DNA of 64,000 bases from Octopus vulgaris (taxonomy: Eukaryota): the NCBI GenBank assembly GCA_951406725.2, contig OX597820.1:57474001-57538000 (forward strand), read 5' to 3'. Shown here one piece after another: positions 25,692 to 40,565 of the stretch (positions are counted from its first letter, which is position 1; each line of letters starts with the position of its first letter). The notes beneath the pieces were generated by a model. The model was not told the DNA's origin. It searched no databases and worked only from the letters and a program-made list of their open reading frames with translations. A program made the position numbers and the translations under genes.

Positions 25692-27142
25692 CGTATATGG
25701 TGATATATAATATATGTATGTGAGTATAATAGCCACTAAAAGATTTACGACCAACAATGCCTCAATTTATTTTTCTTTAATTTTTGAAGCTTAAATATTT
25801 ATCGTCTTTTTCATTAATAAGTATTTTTTGTCATTTTCATTGATAATTTTATTCCATTTTTTACATAACGTCTTCACGAGTTTAATTTCTTATAAACGCT
25901 AAGACCTACGTTTTTACGTTTAGAATTCAGTTATATCGACAAGCTAAGTAACGCTTTTTATCTAACAATATTATTTAACTTTTGAATTGTATTATGTTTG
26001 ATTATTAGAATTATTGCTGTTAAGATATTAATTTATATATAATTTCTTGATAATTATTAGTTATGATATGTACATCTATTTATTTATTATGTTTATTATT
26101 ATTTTTATAATGTGATTTAACGTATTACATATAATTTAAATTGAGAGATAGTTTTGTATGTCAATATATTATTTAATAGTTAGGTGGTATATTTATTACG
26201 TAGTATTACATTTAAGTAAATAATTTTAATATTAATTGATATTTTGGTCAACTATATAATTGAGTAAAATATTAAATCTATAGATACTATATATATATTA
26301 ATAATATAGTTAGTTTATATAATAGGTGTATATATATTTGAACCATTTCCTATTTTTGATTCTAATATTTATAGCTTGTACTAGCATTATGTATATTACT
26401 TAACTTAAGTTTTTTAATATAAATTACTTAATGAGTATAAGATTTTATTTAATTTAATGTATATAGATTAAATTATAGTATTTAGTTTTCCCTTAATGTA
26501 TATTTTGCATATATATATATATTTGTTTTAAATATTTCAATTAATTGTATTTTATTTCCTAATAATAATGATATATTATAGTTTATTATTCCTTTTCTTA
26601 TATATATTAAAATTTTATTTTTATAGATATAATAAATATTTGTACCTTTTTATTTTATTTTTTATTTAAATAAGACTATATTTGTTAAGATATTTCGTAT
26701 TTTACAAGATTATATACGTATATTTATTAATTTATCTAATTAATTATTTTATTGTTTTTCTCTTTAACCTGAAGAATGACTATATTTATATTGAAGTGAT
26801 TTTACTATTATCATTTCTTAAATATAGTCACGAAACACGTGTAGTTATTTTACCAAATATATACGTTTTATTTATTATTTTGCACATTTCTTAATCATTG
26901 GTATATGTTTTATCTTATATTTAATCTTTCTATAAGATGTAAGTTTTCTAAATGGTATAATTTAATTTTTTCATTATTGAATTGATAAAAGGTGCTTTTT
27001 TTCTAATTCATATATATATATATAATACTATATTTTGTGAAATTTGATTCAGTATTTCTAAATTGAATAGGAATAATTCTTGGTATGGCATTTATGTGTA
27101 TATTATGTCTGTATGTGTGTATATATATATTCATATACATAC

Positions 27143-27197
<55 letters not shown>

Positions 27198-27201
27198 CAT
27201 G

Positions 27202-27235
<34 letters not shown>

Positions 27236-27689
27236 TGTATGTATATTTTTCCAATACTCGGAGTTGCTCGTTTTCGCTCATCATCTGGTAAACCAAGCCC
27301 GAGTTTCTTTTTAATATCCAGTGTCTGAATATTTTTCGAAATATGAAATGATAGTCCGGTGGAAGCGATTGCAGTCCACCACGCGGTCAGTTTCCTGTTC
27401 ACCATGCGGTATTTCCCAAGTAATTGTCACTGAAATACCAACATCAAACTTCGACACCACGTGAATTTTCTCGAACAATCGCAGTAGTAAATATTGACTC
27501 TCTTCAATCGAACTCTCATTCAGACTCAATAGCCGAAGTCTAGCGACACGCTTGAAACTCAGAGTACCAAGGAGTTTGAATCAAGCTCTTTTGATCCATA
27601 CCTGTAACACCCAATAAATGTGTTGAGTGCCCTTCTTTGTTTGTCTACTCACTCGTGTATCTCCACCTCTTAACCCAACAAACTTCTCT

Positions 27690-27905
27690 TAGATTTTCTA
27701 CACCTTCTACACTTCGTACTATTCTACCTGGATTAGCCATTACACATTCTTTATTTTCTCTCCTTGTTTCTTTCTGTGTTCCTTTCTGTGGAAGAGCGTA
27801 GGCTCGAAACGTTAAAGACTTTTTCACTTCCCGAGCGTTAAACTAATACATCTGTTTGTTATCTACACCACCTGCCTTCGTCTTTTGTCTTTTTTTGTGA
27901 ATTCT

Positions 27906-27910
<5 letters not shown>
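27690..27910 (+). mobile_element. PLE pLTR-like repeat with CUGUNGA hammerhead variant (copies at about 32840-33265 and 59975-60140)
   Basis: CTTT-CTGTGGA-A-GAGC-GTAG-GCTC-GAAACGTT-AAAG, followed by the shared cccgagcgt(t/c)aaactaata...cacctg(c/t)cttcg tail. Confidence 0.65.
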
Positions 27911-27992
<82 letters not shown>

Positions 27993-28586
27993 CTTGTGTG
28001 TCAGCTTATGAACATTCTTATACTCAGTATTTTAAGACCGTCGTCTCGGTATATACATGTATGTATGCATCTATATATGTTAAGGGGAATGTTTCTCGAA
28101 ATATTATGGAATCGTTAAACAGCCTTTATAACGAAATACATGATCGTTTCTCTTTGTTTACATTTAAATTTCGCAGGAATGGGTAAGTCGGTTACATCGA
28201 CCCCAGGGCTCAACTGATATTTATTTTATCGGCCTCGAAATGAAGAAAGGCAAAGTCGACCTGGCGGCATTTGAACTCAGAACGGAAGAAATGTCGCTAA
28301 GCATTTTGATCGGCGCGGTAACGATTCTGTCAGCTCGCTGCCATTCTCTTTGTTTTCATTTATTCACATCACTTCCAATATTTTGCCTAACTTCCCGCTT
28401 GCATCGCTCAAAGATTTTTCAAGCATTTATATAATCTACACAATGAAATGCTTCCAGCAAATATAAATACTAATTTATTGTAGAAATTGTGTGCGCACGT
28501 TGTCTGTATATTTGTGTCTGTGTGTGTGTGTAAATATATATATAATCCGAAGTGTACCCTATTACATATCCATTACGACTTATCTT

Positions 28587-28618
<32 letters not shown>

Positions 28619-29269
28619 CAACAACAACAACCAAATATACATACTGGTGCAGAGTGGCCGAATTGTTGAAGAATTTGCTTCGCAACAACAAGGTCCCACG
28701 TTCGCTCCCACTGCGTGAGATCGTAGCGAAGAGTCAATTTCTACAGTCTCCGATCATTCCGTAAATTACGAGCGACACTAGATAGAGGGGAAACTGTACA
28801 GAATCTCTTCTGATGAATTATACCTCTAATTCATAGGTGTAATACTGTCACACGCTGTGTTATCATTGTTCTACTCAAAACATTGTTAAGGATGCGCATG
28901 TTTGAAGAATGCTTAACAACTTGCAAACCTATTCACTGGAGAGGTAAATCGGTTGGACAAACAAGAGAATGATCATCATATAAATGTATGTGTGCGTGTA
29001 TGTGTGCGTGTGTGTGTGGGTGTGTGTATGTGTGTATGTATAAAATTGTATTGAAAAAGGTTCTTCTTCCTAGGGATCAATTTTATCCAAGCGCACACCA
29101 GTATAGCTCTATATCGATTAACGATATTGGAAGTGCTATGTGTGTGTTTGTACTAGTGTTTATCGTTGGTTTGTCTTTGATATTAGTACCTTATACTTCT
29201 GAAATTCCAGTTGTCTCTATAGAGGTTTCCATTTCGAAATTTTCCTCCTATGTGTATATCTATATATTA

Positions 29270-29319
<50 letters not shown>

Positions 29320-29481
29320 GTTTCTTGCCGGTAACTCCAGAGTGGCAGCAATATTATCGATAGTGGTCGAAATTGCGCTTGACCCTCTGGCCGATAACTG
29401 AAGAAGAGTTGGTGACTTTCTGTCTTTTCTGTTCGTCTTTGTATTTAGTATATGTTCATATGCCTATTTTGTACACGTTTT

Positions 29482-29512
<31 letters not shown>

Positions 29513-29561
29513 GTATGTATGTATGTATGTATGTATGTATGTATGTATGTATGTATGTATG

Positions 29562-29605
<44 letters not shown>

Positions 29606-29678
29606 CATACATACATACATAATATAATACAGGTATGTCATATTTTCCGTTGTCTTTTTATTTAATCCTAAAAAGAAA

Positions 29679-29762
<84 letters not shown>

Positions 29763-30248
29763 TATATACATATATATATATATATGTATTTATATATATA
29801 TATTGTGTGTGTGTGTGTGTGTGTTTGTGTGTGTGTATGACTGCATAAGCATACAGATATAGACATGTAAGCGTACATGCCTATATGCATACATACATCC
29901 ATGCATACGTACCTGCATACATACATGTGTGTGCGCCCGAGATTTGCCTTTGAGTCTGTGCAACTTAAATAATTTTTCTATAATGCTTACACAACTAAAC
30001 TTCTGCCACAACCACCACTACCGTCAACACGATCACCGACACACCACCACCACCACCATCATCACCACCACCACCACCGCCACCACCACCATCGCGACTG
30101 CATCACTTACTTCATCTCTTAATATTCGATTACGCTTCCCAATTTGCGTCTCTTAATTTCCTAAATGCTCTTCATTCTACATTCCTCATCTGCATTCTTT
30201 TAATTCCCCGTATTATCTTCAAGCAAACGGAAATGCACGCTGACAAGA

Positions 30249-30326
<78 letters not shown>

Positions 30327-30553
30327 ACACACACACTCACACACGCAAAACAGAGATTCATATGTACATATACACATACACAAATATATACATATGTGTA
30401 TATATATATACATATACATACACAGATATATATATATATATGCATGTATGTATATGTATATATATATATGTATGTATATATACATATATACATATGTATA
30501 TACACGCACATAAGCACGATATATATATATATATATATATACATATATATTAT

Positions 30554-30625
<72 letters not shown>

Positions 30626-31299
30626 GTTTTTGTACATATATATATATATATGTATATGTACAAAAACAGATTCGAAAGCTTTTTTCACTCACACGTACAC
30701 ATATATACAGACACACGAACCTCCACACACACACACACACACACACACATACGTATTCTCATGTGTGTGTGTGTGTATGTGTGTGTGTATATAGATCCAT
30801 ACATTTGCATGTTTTTGCAGTCACACACACGCTCACACACAACCTCCCTCACACACACGCCTTCCTTATTTCTCCCTATCTCTTCCCCCCTCTCTCTCAG
30901 TCTTTCTCTGTGTCTCTCACACACATACCATACACGCATACATATCCTTCGTATACACAATTCTCTGTCTTCTTTCACATACCAACACACACTATCAGAT
31001 GCATACACGAATACGCACATACATAAATGCCGACAAAGACACATACAAGCATAGAAGCGTACACATAAGCACACACTGCCTGGAAAGTAAGTCAGCCATG
31101 TTAACATATTCTCTGATCCCAAAGTGGATTCGCTTAATCTCTATTAGGGTTTCGATTATATACAGTTCTGTGTTTCTTTGTACTTTTTACTCATATCTAT
31201 TGTATCATTTGATTAGCTATATACTATTGTTACGCATGAATGTATGCAAACGTACACCCGCACGTTTTGTTTGATGCTAGCGCCAGCGTACGAGTGGGT

Positions 31300-32270
31300 T
31301 TGTATGTATGTATGTATGTATGTATGTATGTATGTATGTATGTATGTATGTATGTACGTATGTATGTATGCAAGTATGTATGTACGTATATATGTATGTA
31401 TGTATGTACGTACGTACGTACGTATGTATGTGTGTATGTATGTATGTATGCCTCTGTATGTGTATGTATGTACGTATTTATGCATGTTTGCATGTATGTA
31501 TGTTTGCATGTATGATTGTATGTATGTATGCCTCTGTGTGTGTGCATGTATGTACGTATTTATGCATGTTTGTATGTATGTATGTATGGGTGGATGGATG
31601 GATGGATGTGTGTATGTATGCATGCATGGATGTACGTATGTATGTAATTTTGTATATATGTATGTGTATGTTCGTATGTATGTATATCTATGTATGTAAT
31701 GTATGTGTACATTTATATGTAAATAATGTATGTATGTAATGTATATATGTATGTAAGTAATGTATGTATGGTTGTATGTATGCATGTATGTGTATGTGTG
31801 TATGTTGGTATGTATGTATATGTATGTAATGTATGTATGTAATGCATGTATATGTATGTGTATATGCATGCATGTATGTATGCATGTATGTATCTATATA
31901 ATGTATGTGTCCGTGTATTTATGTACGCATCTATGTATAATAAGTATGTAGGTATGTATGTACGCATATATGAAAGTATATATATATACTTGTATGTCTA
32001 TATATATATATTTGCATGCTATACGTATATATGAGTATGTATGTTTGCATGCTTATATATGTATGTATAAATGTGTGTGTATGTGTGTATATTATGCATA
32101 TGATACATGTGTATACATTACATATAATTGTATATTATATATGCATAATCGGTACACACACTCACATATACACAGACAAACATACGCACACACAAACACT
32201 CGCACATATAACTGTGTATGCATATCAGGGTATGTCAGTACGTATGTAGGTACGTATGTACACATAAGTG
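31300..32270. repeat. Degenerate (TATG)n-rich low-complexity tract
   Basis: Directly visible. Confidence 0.9.
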
Positions 32271-32917
32271 CACTGGGACGTGGGCTCTAATCTAACAGTA
32301 TGCAAGCTTTTACGAAGATCGGAGTATATAAAGGTATCCTTTTTACATACGCATTGAGATATTCACACGCTCACAAGCGCTCACATTTTCATATATACTC
32401 GTCACACAAATGTATGTGTGTGTGTGTGTGTGATATTTACGTACATACATACATACATGCATAAATACATATATACATACATACATATATCGACAGACAG
32501 TTAGACATACAGACTAACAGATAGATAGATATTTATTCTTTTATACTTTTATTTGCTTCAGTTTTTCAACTGCGGCCATGCTGTGGTACTGCCATCAAGG
32601 ATTTTAGTGGACCGAATAAACCCTGCTACTTAAATTTTTAAAGCCAGTCTTTTGTACCAAACTGCTAAGTTACCGGAACGTAAACACACTAACTCCGGTG
32701 GTCAAGCGATGATCGCACGCACACACGCAAACACGATGGGCTTCTTACGGTTTCTGTCTACCAAATCCACTCATAACACTTTGGTCAGCCCGAGGCAGTA
32801 ATAGAAAACATGCGCAAGATGCCAAGCAGTGAGACTGCTCCTTCTCTGTAGAAGAGCGTAGGCTCGAAACGTTAAAGACTTTTCCACTATCCGAGCGTTA
32901 AACATACATACATTTGT

Positions 32918-32972
<55 letters not shown>

Positions 32973-33268
32973 CACATATACATTTATATATAAGTATATA
33001 CATATATGCATAAAATGTATACATATATATATATATATACACACACATACATATATATAATATATATATACATATATACATAGACTTATACATACATACA
33101 TACATACATACATACATACATACATACATACATACATACATTCACACATACATATGGGGGTGGGGTGTACGTATAAGGCTTTTTCATTTTTCCCGAGCGT
33201 CAAACTAATACAGTTGCTTGTTGGTCATACACCTGTCTTCGACTTTTGTTTTTCTATAAATTTCAACA

Positions 33269-33310
<42 letters not shown>

Positions 33311-33333
33311 ACACACACACACACACACACACA

Positions 33334-34215
33334 CAGGTTGCGGTGGATAAACTGTCATTTAAATTTCGCAAAAGTGAAAATAACACTGATATCTCATTTT
33401 TAACAAAAATATTTACCAAAATTATATAAAAATATCTTGAAATATCAAAGAGTAAATTTATAGAAATATTATCGCTACTGGCTTCAACTGCGTCCTCCAG
33501 ACGACTTTGGAATCTCCTGCAGCTCTTCCGTGGGGGGGGGGTCTCTTTGTTTACGTTGGTGAATACTGCCATACTCTTTGCCTTCAGTTCACCTCTGGTG
33601 TTACAAAGAGATTTGTTGGTATCTCGCTCAAATGCACTCCACACATAATAATCAAGGGGTTTGCAGTCTGGAGAGTTATGTGGTCAGATGTTCAGAGTGA
33701 TGTGGTCGCAGAAACTGTCTGACAGTCATGACTAGGTTCTCCTGCTTCGTGTGGCATGGTGCAGAGTCCTGTTGCCAGACATAGGGTCTTTCAGCAGCTA
33801 CCCTCTTGACACTGGGCAGCACTACCTCCTCCTGGCATTTGATGTAGACCTCCGTGTTGAGATTAAGGCCGTGTTAGAAGATGAATTGAGGCATAACGTT
33901 GCCACCACTAGTGATCACTCCAAACACCATGATGTTTACTGGATGTTTGATTTTTATCACTCTCGATACATGCACTATCCTCAGATTGAGGATACCCAAA
34001 CACTCTGAAATGTTCGTTTGGAGCTTCTGGCACGAATGCCAAGCATGTTGTTTCCAAATTTCTGGGAGAGTGAATTGCGTCATGATGCTGTTTTTCTCAC
34101 AGACAGTGCCCAACTGACCCTACCATACTGTGTAGTCAACAAAATCAAAAACAAACAATGCACGAGCGCGAAATTAAAGATATAAGAAGTGCGATAATTT
34201 ACCCATCGCACACTG
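33334..34215 (-). mobile_element. Tc1/mariner-superfamily (maT/DD37D-like) transposon remnant with TIRs
   Basis: TIRs caggttgcggtggataaa / tttacccatcgcacactg. Minus reads KHPVNIMVFGVITSGG...WQQDSAPCHTS...NSPDCKPLDYYVWSAFE with stops. Confidence 0.85.
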
Positions 34216-34219
34216 TTTG

Positions 34220-34290
<71 letters not shown>

Positions 34291-34410
34291 TCCGTTCATG
34301 CAAAGCTGATTTAGCCTCTTTCATCTTCCCTTGGTGTTCCTCTTCTAATTATATCTCTGTGTCTATCTAGCTATCTACACACACATATATATATTAGCTA
34401 TCTATCTATC

Positions 34411-34527
<117 letters not shown>

Positions 34528-34753
34528 TTGTGAATGTGAATACATATGTCTGATTTCATGCAGTGTATGCAGAACTTAGCTTTTAAATTCACAAAGGTGG
34601 TCCTGCTTAATTAACAACGGGGGAACATACATTTACTCATGGAAATATGTATGCACGTATGTCGTTCATGCATATATACACATGGATACATACATATACA
34701 TATACACAGGCAGATAGACATAGAGACATTTATTTTTGTATGTGCCTAGGTAC

Positions 34754-34794
<41 letters not shown>

Positions 34795-35337
34795 GGAGAA
34801 AGATATATAAATCTGAATGTTTGTATATATAGTTATGTATAAATATATAGTGATGAATATAAATGCTCATACTCACACATACACACACACACACGCACGC
34901 ACACACATATATATATACGCACATATTTATAAAACTATATAAATTTAAATTCCTTTACGTATTTACTCATCTGTATATCTGTGTATATTTCTGTGCATTA
35001 TATGTGTATTTGAGTATTGTTGTCTACATTATATTGCTGTAAATGTAGGCATGTATGTATTTCTACGCATGCGTGTTTGTATGTGTGTGTGTGTGTGTGT
35101 GTGTGTTGTGTGTGTGTGTGTGATGTGTGTGTGTGTGCGTGCGTGCGCGCCTGTTCGTGTGTATCGCGCGGGTCAATAATATGGTTGTTAACTGAAAATG
35201 GATGAAGGCTCCATTGAGTTCGTCCCTTTGAGATTTAGCCACAGTATAATTGGATCTATTTCTGTATAAACATTTCTTTAATGACGGAATACGCTGTCAT
35301 ACACACACGCACACACATACACACACACGCATACACA

Positions 35338-35374
<37 letters not shown>

Positions 35375-35824
35375 TCACACACACACACACACATTCAAGC
35401 GCATGCTTACACGTGTACACATACTCACAAACTCAAACATGCACATACACATACATAAACTCAAACACACACACACACAGAAACTCAAACACATACGCAC
35501 AAACTCGATCATACACACTCCCAAACTCAAATGCATACACACACGGACACACACATACACACACATACTCATACATGAATACACACATATTTTCAAACAT
35601 GCGTCCATACACATAAAAATACGCAAAAACTTAAATATATTCTCTTTAACGCATACACACACTCATACACACACATACACACACATATATGCCTACATAC
35701 ATATGTACATAATTACATTTCCTTCAATGAATCTATTCATCGATCTATTATATGATCTCTCCCCACTCTCATCATATACATATATATATATATATATCTT
35801 CATATATATACATATATATGTGTA

Positions 35825-35869
<45 letters not shown>

Positions 35870-35889
35870 TTCATATATATATACATATA

Positions 35890-35959
<70 letters not shown>

Positions 35960-35960
<1 letters not shown>

Positions 35961-36350
35961 TCTTCTATTCTTTTATTTGTTTCAGTCATTTGACTGCGGC
36001 CATGCTGGAGCACCACTTTTTAATCGAAGAAATCGACCCCCTCCCCTGGACTTATTCTTTGTATGCCTGGTACTTATTCTACCGGTTTTTTCTGCCGAAC
36101 CACTAAGTTACGGGGACGTAAAAACATCAACATCGGTTGTCGAGTTATATGAGTGTGAAGGTGGGAGGTGGGAGGACAAATACAGACACAAAGATACACA
36201 CATAAATGTATACATATATACCCGACAGGCTTCTTTCAGCTCGTAAGGCTTCGGTCGGCCCACAGCTATAGTAGACGGCACTTTCCGAAGGTACCACGCA
36301 GTGGGACTGAACCCGGAAGCATGTTGTCGAGAAGTAAGCTTACCTCACAC
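35960..36350 (-). mobile_element. SINE family B
   Basis: Reverse complement of the 36671 and 53568 copies. Confidence 0.8.
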
Positions 36351-36418
36351 CTCTAATCACGAATAAATCGTGCTTCATATATATATATATATATATACAA
36401 CATATATATATATTTGTA

Positions 36419-36488
<70 letters not shown>

Positions 36489-36549
36489 GCACAACTTATT
36501 CGTGATCAGACGTGTTCGAAATCTCCTGTATATATATGTATATATAAAA

Positions 36550-37344
36550 GAAAATAGTGACAAATCAATTAATAATTATATTTATTAATTACAAAAATAG
36601 ACGTAATCTATGACAGCTGTTTCGATTCAGACTTTAAAGATTTGAATTGAAATAATTAAATCATTATAAAATACAGGAGTGGCTGTGCGATAAGTAGCTT
36701 GCTTATCAACCACATGGCTCCGGGTTCAGTCCCACTGCGTGACACCTTGGGCAAGTGTATTCTACTATAGCCTTGGGGTCGACCAAAGACTTGTGAGTGG
36801 ATTTGATAGACAGAAACTGAAAGAAGCCCGTCGTATATATGTATATATATGTGTGTGTATATGTTTCTGTGTTTGTCCCCCACCCCAACATCGCTTGACA
36901 ACCGATGCTGGTGTGTTTACGACCCTGTAACTTAGCGGTTCGGCAAAAGTGACCGATATAATAAGTACTAAGCTTACAAAGAATAAGTCCTGGGGTCGAT
37001 TTGCTCGACTAAAGGCGGTGCTCCAGCATGGCCGCAGTCAAATGACTGAAACAAGTAAAAGAGTAAAAGAGTACAATCTCATCAGAGGTAGAAAAAAGAT
37101 ATACCATTACGTTTTTATGTGTTAAGTGTTCGGAATCTCCCAGTAGGTTAGCTGAAAATTCTGTACGCTTGACACATAAAAATGTAATGGTATATCTTTT
37201 TTCTACCTCCGACAAGACACTACTTTACAATGATTTAATTATTTTAATTAAAATCTTTAAAGCCTGAATCGAATCTGCCGTCAGGGATTATATCTATTTC
37301 TGTAATTAATAAATATAATTATTAACTGATTTATCTGTATTTTC
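36550..37344. repeat. Inverted repeat (left arm 36550-36670 + 37071-37129, right arm 37165-37344) with a SINE inserted in the left arm
   Basis: Arms are reverse complements once the SINE is removed; HHR motif on minus. Confidence 0.8.
36671..37073 (+). mobile_element. SINE family B, near full length
   Basis: caggagtggctgtg...gggttcagtcccactgcg head, internal TA/TG tract, ggcggtgctccagcatggccgcagtcaaatgactgaaac tail, (taaaagag)n end. Confidence 0.9.
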
Positions 37345-37500
37345 GTATTTTTTAAAAATAAATATAAACCTAGTTTTATCTAATTACCTATTTATGAGTA
37401 TTAAAATAAATATTAAAAATAAATAGAAGGTAATAAACCAGTAAATAGATTGGATATTATTATCCCTTAATGAGACTTATTTAACCTCTAATTGAACTTT

Positions 37501-37696
37501 TGTGACCACGTGTGTATCGTTGGCGATTTTCTTTCTCCGTCTTCCCTTCCTTGGACCTTTCCTTTTTCTATGTTTCTGACGAAAAGCTCGGCTCGAAACG
37601 TTAAATCCTCCTTCTTTCTTTCCTTTCCTGAGCGTCCAATAACACTATACTTGTTCCACGTCCTCGCGTTGTTATGTTTTCTCTTCATGTTTGAAT

Positions 37697-37705
<9 letters not shown>
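37501..37705 (+). mobile_element. PLE pLTR-like repeat with HHR motif (inverted copy at 38222-38431)
   Basis: TTT-CTGACGA-AAAGCTCGGCTC-GAAACGTT-AAA at about 37573-37605. Confidence 0.7.
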
Positions 37706-37752
<47 letters not shown>

Positions 37753-37761
37753 ATATATATT

Positions 37762-38108
37762 ATAATTAAGGGTATCTAAAAGATACCAACATGCTAGATA
37801 TAGTAGTCAAAACTTGAGTCTAAAACCACATGAAATATTCATACTGCACCAGGAGACATGACAAATATACAAAATAAATAGCAAAAAAGTATTGGATAAT
37901 TCCAGATCCCGGATTTCTGGCTTTGCATAAGAAATGCTTTGCCTCATCAGTGGAATATACACAAAATAGTACAATTGTCTTCTCAGTGGAATATACACGG
38001 AATAGCACAATTCCCTCCTGGTGCTGTATGAATATTTTATGTGGTTTTAGAGTCAAGTTTTGACTGCTATATCTAGCATGCTGGTATCTTTTAGATACGC
38101 TTAATTAT
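37762..38108. repeat. 94-bp inverted repeat (37762-37855 / 38015-38108) enclosing a hammerhead
   Basis: Arms are reverse complements with a few mismatches. Confidence 0.9.
37899..37956 (-). ncRNA. Type I hammerhead ribozyme motif
   Basis: ATTCCA-CTGATGA-GGC-aaa-GCAT-ttctt-ATGC-aaa-GCC-A-GAAA-TCCGGGA-TC-TGGAAT; perfect 6-bp stem I, AUC cleavage triplet. Confidence 0.75.
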
Positions 38109-38618
38109 TATCTTAATAATAATTATTACCTATAAGATTTTAATTCCCATGCTAGCCACTTGATCTAATCGGTATTTTAAATAACGATCTTATCCTTATT
38201 TATTTAAATTTATATGCATATATATAGTTAATCCAAACATGAAAGCACAAGAAAACACAACAACGCGAGGACGTGGAACAAATGTAGTATTATTGGACGC
38301 TCAGGAAAGAAGGAAAGAAGGAGGTTTGAACGTTTAAAGCGGAGCTCTTCGTCGGAAACATAGGAGAAGGAAAGATCCAGAGAAGGGAATACAGATGAAA
38401 AAAAAATTGCCAACGGTACACACGCGGTCACATGTATATATTTATATATATATATATATATATATATTACAAATGTGTGTTTATATGACTGTATATATGC
38501 ATGTGCGTACGTGTGTGTATGTGTGTCTGCGTGTGTGTGTGTGTAGAATAGTTTTGTTCCGCCTTAAAAAATATATAGTAGATATATTTATTTCTATATT
38601 TATCTATTTATTAAAACA

Positions 38619-39131
38619 CTAGCAGTATCGCCCGGCGTTGCTCGGGTTTGTAAGGGAAATAACTATATAAGCATTTTTAGAGAGTTACTTCCCTTATAGA
38701 TGCCAATTCGGGTTTTCTTAGCCATTTCTGTTTTGGTGTCTTCAAGCCATGAAGTCGTTGTTCTAAAAGAACGCTGGTCTCCTTGATAACGCTTTACGAC
38801 GTTGATTTCCTTACACTCCCTTCCCCCCAGCTTCACGAGGGAGGGAAGAAGGGGGAGAAGTAAACAGGTGCAGGTGTGACCGTGGACGCCAACTCTGCCG
38901 CCATCAACACACGAAAAATTATGCATTAAAATGGAATAAAAAATGATGTTAAATTATTTTTAAAATCGTAGACTCATCGTAGACGCGCGCTAATACTCAG
39001 ACGGGCTCGATATGAATCACGACTATAAGATACCCGAATTTGGTTAAACTGCACCGCAAAATGTGGGGGTAGTTAGGAATCTAAATTGAAGGGGACAGAC
39101 ACTCACACAACTACAGTTTTATATATATAGA
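38619..39131 (-). mobile_element. Non-autonomous Helitron
   Basis: On minus: 5' TC, 3' hairpin cccgagcaacgccggg then CTAG, inserted at A|T. Confidence 0.85.
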
Positions 39132-39259
39132 TATCAATATGTCTCTTACAAGATCATTCATATTTTTGTCAACTTCAGAATTTGTCATTTAACCCCTGTA
39201 TGTTCCCCTAATATGAAAGAAACAGGTCATGCCTTGTAAGAGTCATAATTAATTATTGT

Positions 39260-39291
<32 letters not shown>

Positions 39292-39332
39292 CATGCATAC
39301 ATATATATTCATATATTTATCTATGTATCTGT

Positions 39333-39730
39333 GAGCTGGCCGAAACCTTAGCAGGCCGGGCGAAATGCTTAGCGAAATTTCGTCTGCCGTTACGTTCTGA
39401 GTTCAAATTCCGCTGAGGTCGACTTTCCCTTTCATCCTTTCGAGTTCGATTAAATAAGTACCAGCTACGCACTGGAGTCGATATAAACGACTTAATCCGT
39501 TTGTCTGTCCTTGTTTGTTCTCTCTGTGTGTAGCCCCCTGTGGGTAGTAAAGAAATAGGTATTTCGTCTGCCGCTACGTTCTGAGTTCAAATTCCACCGA
39601 GGTCGACTTTGCCTTTCATCCTTTCGGGGTCGATTAAATAAGTACCAGTTATGCATTAGTGTCGATGTACTCGTCTTAATCTCTTTGTTTGTCCTCTCTA
39701 CGTATAGCCCCTTGTGGGCAATAAAGAAAT
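39333..39730 (+). mobile_element. SINE family C, internal tandem dimer
   Basis: The unit atttcgtctgccg...tagcccc...taaagaaata occurs twice. Confidence 0.85.
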
Positions 39731-39895
39731 ATATTTACGTCTCTATCAATCTATCTATCTATCGATAGATAGATAGATAGATAGATAGATAGAAAGATAG
39801 TCAGACAGACAGTTAGATTATTCCTGCGTGAGAATCTCTCCCTTCCTCTCTTTCTTTCTTTCTCACTTTGTCTTTCTTTCACGTGCACAAACGCG

Positions 39896-39945
<50 letters not shown>

Positions 39946-40154
39946 ATTCACAACCCAACTTCTATACTTTCACTCATTCACGCAGATTCACTCCGACAAA
40001 TACTCAGATACATGCTCACACACACATACTCAAGGACGCAACTATACAACTATATGTTAATAAAATTAACCAAAGTTTTTATTTTAAAATACGATGAACG
40101 AAATCATTTTGACAACTATAAATGATCATGTGTGTATGTGTGTGCATTCATGCG

Positions 40155-40207
<53 letters not shown>

Positions 40208-40375
40208 AAATATATATATATATATATGTATATGTGTATATGTGTGCGTGTTTGTGTGTCCGTGTGTGTATGTATATATATATACATATATATATATAAT
40301 ATATATATAACATATATATATATATATATATATATAACTTAGATATGTTTCGACCAGAGATTGGTCCAGGCCATG

Positions 40376-40565
<190 letters not shown>

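Noticed and set aside
27245-27285. HHR-like motif on minus (gatgatgagcgaaaacgagcaactccgagta)
   Set aside because: Both CTGA and GAAA are broken; too degenerate to call.
30200-32290. Many long overlapping ORFs ([12 protein letters not shown])
   Set aside because: Stop-free simple repeats; the same applies to most of the ORF track.
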